Shown: one piece after another, positions 60,223 to 64,000 of the stretch
How positions within the stretch are numbered: the stretch's first letter is position 1
Layout of the letters: each line of letters begins with the position of its first letter
NCBI GenBank assembly: GCA_965223425.1
Contig: OZ245003.1
Span: 2,400,001 to 2,464,000 of the forward strand
Source of the DNA: Nitrosopumilus sp.
GTDB lineage: Archaea > Thermoproteota > Nitrososphaeria > Nitrososphaerales > Nitrosopumilaceae
Length of the DNA stretch: 64,000 nucleotides
Reading direction: 5' to 3'
Made by a program: the position numbers and the translations under genes
Notes under the pieces: generated by a model
Told to the model about the DNA's origin: nothing
What the model saw: the letters and a program-made list of their open reading frames with translations, nothing else
Database searches by the model: none

Positions 60223-60968
60223 GATAATTCATAAACTTCAGGTTTTTCTTTTCCTGAATCTCGAATTTCTCGTATAGTGTCAAGGGATTTTGTGGCCAGT
60301 CTTACTGCTTCTCTAGCAGAGTGTCCATTACCAATTCCGCAATTCAAGGAAATTTTGTCATCATTCTTAATCATGTTAATAAAATTCTGCACGGAGTTTT
60401 TTGCATCATCACTTGCAATCACCATAAAATTATCACCGCCCATAAAAAATGTAAGAGAGTTTTTTTCCAAGAAAAATTTTGACATTTTCGAATACAACTG
60501 GAAAATTATTGATGAAATCTCATAGGGAGAGCTAGTTTGGCTTCTTGAAGTAAGATTATCTACATCTAGATGCATTATTGAAACATTTGAATCAGATTTT
60601 CCATTGACAAAACCAAAAATATTATGTTCTTTATCTAAGATGGTTTCATTTTTTTTCCCTTCATATGCCTTCAAGTTTGCCTCAAACGGGGAATTGCCAT
60701 AGCCAATGGAAACAGTTAGACGTACATCAAATGACTTTTCAAGTGATTTTTGAATTTGAACGTGATCATCTAACTCAAGTCCATTTGATACAACAAAAAA
60801 CTCATCTGCTCGATTCAGAAAAACCAGACAGTTTTTTTCTGAGAACAGCTTCTGTATTTCTTTGTAAAGAGATGCTTGAAGCATTTGAAGTTCATGTTCC
60901 CTATCGCTTCCCAATGTCAATGTCCAAGGACCATATCCAGTAATTTTCAAGATGCTAAGTTGAATCAT
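60216..60968 (-). CDS. arfA: GTP cyclohydrolase III/IIa
   Basis: GYGPWTLTLGSDREHELQMLQ and FMGGDNF. Confidence 0.9.
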   Translation of the reverse strand: MIQLSILKITGYGPWTLTLGSDREHELQMLQASLYKEIQKLFSEKNCLVFLNRADEFFVVSNGLELDDHVQIQKSLEKSFDVRLTVSIGYGNSPFEANLKAYEGKKNETILDKEHNIFGFVNGKSDSNVSIMHLDVDNLTSRSQTSSPYEISSIIFQLYSKMSKFFLEKNSLTFFMGGDNFMVIASDDAKNSVQNFINMIKNDDKISLNCGIGNGHSAREAVRLATKSLDTIREIRDSGKEKPEVYELSC

Positions 60969-61381
60969 TTTTGAACCCTCTGTAGCTCTTGGGAGATCTT
61001 CACTACTGCCTCGACTGCACGTTCTGCAACAGGTCTTATCCTAGCATAGGCGTGTCTTTCTTGCATGCCAGGACCGGATATTCCTAAAGAAACAGGCTTT
61101 TGATATTTTATTGACAGGTCAGTAAGGGACTTTGCTGCTGCATGGGAAATTACCTCATCGTGTTTTGTTTGCCCCTTGATTATTGCGCCCAAGGTGACCA
61201 CACCGTCAACATTGTTTTTCCTCAATAACGTGTCAACAATAATGGGCATGTCAAACGCGCCAGGAACCTTGCACGTATATACTATTTTTAATTTCATCGA
61301 GTTTGCTTTTTCTTGGGCTACAGAAAACATCCTAGATGTCACTTTTTCATTGAATTCTGAAACTACTACTGCAATATTCAC
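60965..61381 (-). CDS. ribH: 6,7-dimethyl-8-ribityllumazine synthase
   Basis: VVSEFN, VPGAFDMP, LGAIIKGQTKHD and KPVSLG. Confidence 0.95.
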   Translation of the reverse strand: MNIAVVVSEFNEKVTSRMFSVAQEKANSMKLKIVYTCKVPGAFDMPIIVDTLLRKNNVDGVVTLGAIIKGQTKHDEVISHAAAKSLTDLSIKYQKPVSLGISGPGMQERHAYARIRPVAERAVEAVVKISQELQRVQK

Positions 61382-61383
61382 AA

Positions 61384-62055
61384 CTAGTGCACCTTAGCGT
61401 ATTCTAAAAGTTCTTTTCCATCAATTAATGGAATTCCGTTTTGTTTGGCAAATTTTTCTGCCTTGTCTACAGATAATGCGGTATATGTTTGAGCATCCAT
61501 CATCTCACAGATTGCAGTAATTGGAGTCAGTTCAGCAATTTGAGCTAGATAGACAGACATTTCAGTATGCCCTTGACGGGCAGCTAACAAGCCTTTGGAT
61601 GCTATCAACAAGGGAACATGGCCCGGAGTTTTAAAAGATGATGCGAATTTTTTTTGTTTGTTTTCAACATTATAGATATTTGCCATTTCTCTAATTGTCA
61701 ATGCCCGATCGTTGTCCGTAATTCCAGTGTAAGTTTGGTAGTGATTTATGGATAATGAGAAAGTTGGATGGTCACCATAAGGTGCTAGACCCATTATCAT
61801 CTCTTTATTTGAGATTGGAGAGTCTGAAAGAATCTCATGCATGTATCTTAGTTCAAGGGATGTCGCAAAGTTATGATCTATTGCCATGCATAATAATCCA
61901 CCAGCATGTTGACGCATTCTTGCTATATGTTCAGGGGTAACAAATTCTGCAGCTACTACCATATCAATTTCATTTTCCCTACCGGCTGAATCAAACAGCA
62001 AAACAAATTCTCCACGTTTTAGAGATTGCAATGAGGATTCAAGGGACATGTACAA
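61384..62055 (-). CDS. ribB: 3,4-dihydroxy-2-butanone-4-phosphate synthase
   Basis: RENEID, TGITDNDR, PGHVP, RQGHTE and ICEM. Confidence 0.95.
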   Translation of the reverse strand: MYMSLESSLQSLKRGEFVLLFDSAGRENEIDMVVAAEFVTPEHIARMRQHAGGLLCMAIDHNFATSLELRYMHEILSDSPISNKEMIMGLAPYGDHPTFSLSINHYQTYTGITDNDRALTIREMANIYNVENKQKKFASSFKTPGHVPLLIASKGLLAARQGHTEMSVYLAQIAELTPITAICEMMDAQTYTALSVDKAEKFAKQNGIPLIDGKELLEYAKVH

Positions 62056-62128
62056 AAATTCTTTCTAATCTAATTATAAAGTTTACTAAAAAATTGGTAA
62101 TTACCACTAAAATTGTAGATAGTTGGCC

Positions 62129-62713
62129 TTATTTTAGAATGTATTTTCCAAGAATATCAGTTTCAATATTAACTTTATCGCCTATCTTTTTGGTTTGAAA
62201 GTTTGTCACTTTGATAGTGTGAGGGATTAGTGAAACAGCCGCAAGAGTGCTTTTGATGCCAACAACTGTTAGGCTGATTCCGTCTACGGCAATAGAGCCT
62301 TTTTTCACTACGTACTTTGACAGTCTTTTAGGAACTTCAAACCAAACCTGAACTTCTTTGGGTTTTTTTTGAATTTTTTTGATAATTCCGACTCCATCTA
62401 CATGACCTAAAACAAAATGTCCTTCTAGTCTGTCACCAGCTTTTAGACTTCGTTCAATATTTACAATTCCGCCAACTTTCAGGTTTCCAAGATCTGTTTT
62501 TTTAGTGGTTTCCTCAATCATTTCAAAGATACAATTAGACTTGGATAGCTTTGTGGCAGTAAGACAAACACCATTGAGTGCAACGCTTTGACCAATCTTC
62601 AGTCCTTTTGCATGTTTGCCTAGATTTACGGTCATTTGGATGGCACTTCTGGTTTTGGTATTTTTAGAAATTTTTTGCACTTTACCAATACCTTCAACGA
62701 TTCCTGTAAACAT
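62129..62713 (-). CDS. ribE: Riboflavin synthase (bacterial-type alpha chain)
   Basis: MFTGIVE, NGVCLT, GHFVLGHVDG, DGISLTV and NIETD. Confidence 0.95.
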   Translation of the reverse strand: MFTGIVEGIGKVQKISKNTKTRSAIQMTVNLGKHAKGLKIGQSVALNGVCLTATKLSKSNCIFEMIEETTKKTDLGNLKVGGIVNIERSLKAGDRLEGHFVLGHVDGVGIIKKIQKKPKEVQVWFEVPKRLSKYVVKKGSIAVDGISLTVVGIKSTLAAVSLIPHTIKVTNFQTKKIGDKVNIETDILGKYILK

Positions 62714-62842
62714 TAAAAATCAGTACTAATTCTTTGTATAAAATTATTTAGATGTATGGTTCGTATGAGTTTAGGCGGTTAATCAGATAGACAAATTATT
62801 CTGATCATTGGATCTAAAATCCGCAAATCGTGACCTTCTTCA

Positions 62843-63629
62843 TTGAACTCTGAAGTCAAGGCCCTTCGTGATGAAATAGCAAGACTGATTGCAAATGACA
62901 AAAAAAGACAAAAGGGCAACGACGAACTAGCTCAGACAATTGACAAACAGCATCTAGAAATTTCAGATTTGAGAAAAAGGCTGACATACTATGAAAATCC
63001 GCATACTCCGCCATCCATGCGCTCTCTGGAATACAAGAGACAAAAAAAGGAACAAAGGGAGATGAAAAAGAACAATAATAATATGATGGCCCCGCAGGAG
63101 GCCAAAAGCGCGGACGGAAGCAGGGACATGTCGGCGCATCACACAGCAGAAAAGCAGATCACAGTGTGGAAAAAAAGATCACAAAGTGCAAGTGCGGTTC
63201 TACAAACCTAAAATTTGAAAAGATGCACCAAAAACTAGTAACTGACTCGCAGCCAGCACAGATCATCACAGAAAATCAGACCTACTTTAGATCCCGCTGC
63301 AGTGACTGCAGTCATGTCACGATGCCAGACCCATCAAAGATACAGAGCTTGGCCCGCACCTGCTCTCAGAGATTGCAATTCTATGGAACGCAAAGGTGAG
63401 CATTAATGGAATTACAAACATAATCAACACCAGATACGGTACGCAGTTTTGTCCTGCAACCATCCAGCACGGACTGGATGCAATATCTTCCAAGCTGGAT
63501 TCCCAGTACAGTGAGATACAGGCAAGCGTGCAGGACAACGACGTTGCAAAGAACATTGTAGCTTGTTGCATAACACGCCTAAAATCCACCACGCAGTTTA
63601 AGCTGACCAACAAATACACATGTTTCTGA
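62843..63629 (+). pseudogene. IS66-like transposase remnant (several frameshifts)
   Basis: Coiled coil, YENPHTPPS, alternative-frame KRGRKQGHVG, CKCG..CSDC Zn finger, then an HTH-like fragment. Confidence 0.7.
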
Positions 63630-64000
63630 CCGAAAAAGCTTTAGATCATGACAGCATGCTCCAAGTGTTGACCGATAATGCAAAGTACGTACGGCGTGGT
63701 GCAGAGCTGGTAGTGCAGTACAACCCTGACTGGAGCTGCGAGGTAGGGCAGGCCAACTGCGGCAAGGAGGGGGCCCCGTTCCAGTATGCAGACACCATGA
63801 TCACATGACAGCCGCACTGAGAGCCGCCCTCGGCGTTCCATTCAGGCAGCTGTCCGGGATGGCAGACAAGATGCTTGAGGGACACGACTCGCCGCACCAT
63901 ACCACGCTGTGCAGAAGAATGGAGAAATTTGACATTAACATTCACGGCAACACCATATACGTTCATGATACATCCCGGCACGTAACCCTGGTGGCCGATG

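Overview
Archaeal chromosome segment. Gene content and order (dph2, csl4, guaB/guaA, thermosome, rpl44e/rps27e, cobalamin and riboflavin clusters, tfe, nac) point to an ammonia-oxidising Thaumarchaeote (Nitrosopumilaceae); this assignment is inference. Positions 1-17.4 kb form a defence/mobile island. It holds a PLD-nuclease/SF2 helicase fusion, two tyrosine recombinases, an orphan C-terminal type IIG methyltransferase/TRD cassette, a Zn-ribbon + Panacea-like + TGT-like operon, Mrr, two ISH3-like IS copies and a nested MITE. The remainder is mostly core genes with small insertions. Two loci stand out. (i) A tnpB gene (33495-34822) is bounded by perfect 24-bp IS6-like terminal inverted repeats and an 8-bp target-site duplication, which IS200/IS605 elements do not make. 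(ii) An AT-rich cassette (44453-47130) carries a divergent thymidylate-synthase-fold enzyme with a cytosine-specificity Asp and a Panacea/YwgA-like wHTH gene, bracketed by two MUG/TDG DNA glycosylases, one lacking the catalytic Asn. No rRNA, tRNA or true CRISPR array was recognised. All protein calls come from motif recognition by eye, not database searches.
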